From the human T2T-CHM13v2.0 reference genome, Homo sapiens: a DNA stretch of 64,000 nt. The notes beneath the pieces were generated by a model, which was not told the DNA's origin, ran no database searches, and saw only the letters and a program-made list of their open reading frames with translations. The translations under genes and the position numbers were made by a program. Where the stretch lies: assembly GCF_009914755.1 (NCBI RefSeq), contig NC_060932.1, one strand, 5' to 3'. Every line of letters begins with the position of its first letter. The stretch's first letter is position 1. Of the stretch, positions 60,661 to 64,000 are shown piece after piece.

Positions 60661-62999
60661 ACCTCACCTACTCTCTGTCTTTATATCAATGAAATGGTTC
60701 TAAAGTATACGTTTAAGACCTAACTCCCAAGTATCTTGAAGCATTAAATAAAATGTTTGTAAAGCCTAATGTATTCCACAGAAATAAAAGGTCATTACTA
60801 GACTTCACTTAGAAGACGTTCCATACAATGTAATTACACTTTTTTGCTTCAATAACTAAGATTCTTGTTAAGTTTTGGTCCTTGTTTTTTCAGCTTAAGA
60901 AACCACGCTCCTTGATTGCTTTTTGTTTGTGGATACTATCCCTCCCTAAAGGTCCAGCTCACTTCCTCCTTGGAAATCTTTCACAATGCCCCACACTGGA
61001 TTCATATGGCTTCTCTCAAATTTTTCATAGTATGCTGCTTTCATAAAATGCTGAGATTTCACTTAATAAAATAAATACTCCAAGCACTTATTTTATTCTA
61101 TTTTTAATTATTTCATTTTATTAATGTGCCTATTTCCCCAAGTACGTTATAAGATCCCTCATGAAAATGAATGTTGCAATGTCATTGCAAATAGCAAATA
61201 GACAGCTCCTTTCAATCCTCCGGGCCTCTCTTTTTACTGGGAGAAGGAGAATCTTTCATATTAAAATCAAGGGTTAAGAGAGGGTACCCGAAGCAGAAGA
61301 TGAAATGTTGGTAGAAGACACAAAAGAGTAGGGAAGTTTCTTCCTACACATTGTTCATTATCTTTCCTTTCATTGGCTCAGTGTGGCAGCTAAGAAGAGC
61401 CTAAAATTCTTTCGGTTGAATTGACAAATGGCTTAAGGCTCAGGTGAAAGAAAGAATGGAAAAGACGAAATGGCTGGTTCAGCTGCAGGCATTAGAAGAG
61501 GGAAGAAAATAAGGGTTCTTGATATTTCTACATGATCTAGGTGAGCTTGTTTTGGCAGGGGTATACAAATGGATTTAAGGCAGAAGATGTAATATAGCAG
61601 TAGCAGAGTGTGTATTTGCCTAGAGTATGTTTTGTCACACCTTATATTTATCAAGTGTGATATTAGCTGTGGAGTGCTGGATATCATCTTTAAATACAAA
61701 AATCAGAGTTCATGAGCATCTTGACAAAGACTAATAAGCAGGAGCTATTTTAACTCATCTCCCTAATTCCAAATTACTAACACAGGACTTTGTACTCAGG
61801 ATATCCTTAATGAATACCTGTTGAAAGAGTGAAACAATGTGTTTCTCCATCCAAAAAAATAAGACCAGCAGGAATGAGTAGAATGGTGTTGCAAAGCCTA
61901 ATAAAGACTATTATACAAACCAGATTTAAGATTTTGCTCTTTTGAATGAGTATCCAGCAGTTAGAATTAACTGATGGATACAGCCTTTTGAGATCCTATT
62001 ACTCCATCTCTTTTCAGATAGTGCATAGGACTCAGAAACATTGATGTTCTATGATTTGCTGTTTTCATGAAGGACACAAAAGTATCTGGTATCAGAAGAG
62101 AGATACATTTTACTTATGGATGTTGGAAAATCGTTCTGCAATCTCATACTACTTCGCAGAACTGGCCTATGATAATGTGAGTATTGAATCTGAGAGCTCT
62201 TGTCTCAAATGGAAATCATGACAGATTAGACTGATGTGGCCCAGGAATTAGCAACATGATTTTCCATTTTGCAGCTTGTGACTGAAAAAGTATCTTCATT
62301 TTTGGAAATACCATAAACAAAATAAAAGACCTATATGACTTCCATCTTCTATACACCTGAGGAGGCAAGTGAAGACTGTGACTCTATTTCTCTTGTTCCA
62401 CTATTTCAATCAAGGTGGCTTACTAATTTCTGCCTATGAACTAAGCTCTGCCTGTAATCATGGACCACACTTCTACCAAACTCAAAAGCCGTTTCTGAAA
62501 ATTCTGGCTAGCACATGTAAGGTCCACCTTCCTTGCTGTTCATACGTTGTGCCTGATATTCATTTATTATTTTATTTTTCCTAAGCTATTGATTATTCCA
62601 TCTGCTACTGGTATAGCTGACTAAACATACAACATACTATATTTTAAACTATAGTCCTGTGATTACTGTTACTTTTTCTATTCCCTCAAATAACTTGTTT
62701 TTCCTCTGGGCATCTCTGATAATTTACCTGTGGAACAGGAATAATTATAGGCCAATTATACATTTACTATGAAAACATTCATGTAGAGTGGAATCGTGAA
62801 AAATTCAATAAATATTAGTAATGATATTACTGTTAATATTATGACCATATCTGCTACAAGGAAATTTAATAATTATAAGCATCTAAAACAATAACTAGTT
62901 TAATTAACTATAAAAATTACACTTGACTATTTACTGTAAAACTAAAGACAAAAAGAACTTTACACAAACATATTGATCTATAGTTGGTAAATCTGTTTA

Positions 63000-64000
63000 C
63001 AGAAAAATATGAATTACTAATTCTGAAGTTACTTTTAGGATAATCTAAGAGTAAACAAATTGGTAAACATACTGTGTATAATGAGTGCCTGGTTTTTCTA
63101 TTGTTGGAAAAAGATGTTATAAATGAAGAAATAGGGAAAGCTAGAATGAGCCTTGTGGTGTTGGAATGGAATCAGAATTATCAGCATGAACTCATGGTTT
63201 GTAATATATGTGCAAACAGTAAGATATAGAAACATATATACATTTGTGACACATATAAATACTTCATATATATATATATATATACATCCTAGCTTGTGCT
63301 CTAAGGAACAAGAAATAACAATGCCCTAGTAGCAATGAGCATACCTAGTATGCATATCTTAGCTATTAAGTCTATTCTTCAATAAAAGGAACCAAGGCTC
63401 TTTGGAGGAAATTATTCTAGAGAAACTACAGGATGACTTTGGAATGTAGAGGGGTATAAAAAATTAAAGTAGTGTTTATAAAATGATGGAGAAATTTGAC
63501 TAAAAGGACACAAGTAACAACCTGGAGATACCCGTGACCAGGTCTGAAATAATTTGAATAAGAATATAAATTGATAAAATAAATATTCATATTCTATACT
63601 AATATAAATAGATATTTGAATAGATAAATAAATGAGGGTTAATGGACAGTTTATTCTTAAAATAGAACCCCAATTAGTAAACGTAGAGTGAATGGTAAAA
63701 TTAGAAAATTACCATTTGGTAAATACTGCAGTTTATATTTATTGCAGATGAGAATCAGAAATGGCTCTGGAAATCAGGGGGTGAGCAAATAGTGAGAGAA
63801 AGAATATTTGCATAGTCTCAAACTATCACCCATCTTAAATTTTATCAATTACAAGGGGAAAATAATAACTTTACAATGAAGACATCTGGCATACACCACT
63901 TTAACTATATGATCACAAGCTATCACTACCGAGAACAAGGCATGAAGCCATCATGTACCTCCCAGGTGATGTCCAGAGAAGAACCTGGCATCTCTTCTAT
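63000..64000 (+). mobile_element. L1MC4-like 3' region, running off the window end
   Basis: GGAAAGCTAGAATGAGCCTTGTGGTGTTGGA...AGCAATGAGCATACCTAG...AATAAAAGGAACCAAGGCTCTTTGGAG...TTACAAGGGGAAAATAATAACTTTACAATG. Confidence 0.8.

Overview
Human non-coding DNA (intergenic or deep intronic; a human-specific pre-Ta L1HS insertion fixes the species). I recognise no protein-coding exon, full RNA gene or CpG island, and the ORF track is explained by Alu, L1, LTR and low-complexity sequence. The window is a layered transposon record: 17 Alus, six primate/mammalian L1 insertions plus older L1M remnants, several ERV1/ERVL/MaLR LTRs, MER58/MER20/MADE1 DNA elements, MIR/L2/L3 remnants, a decayed ERVL pol fragment and a ~2.4 kb AT-rich 36-bp minisatellite. 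The most unusual object is at 22857-23402. A complete HERV-H-type LTR7C is followed by 29 nt complementary to the tRNA-Phe 3' end (11 nt beyond a normal 18-nt PBS) and then by an inverted U3 end of a different LTR7 type, and the whole unit sits inside one perfect 5-bp target-site duplication. It looks like a fossil aberrant reverse-transcription product integrated through two U3 ends. Repeat family and subfamily names come from recalled consensus sequences and need RepeatMasker/Dfam confirmation.
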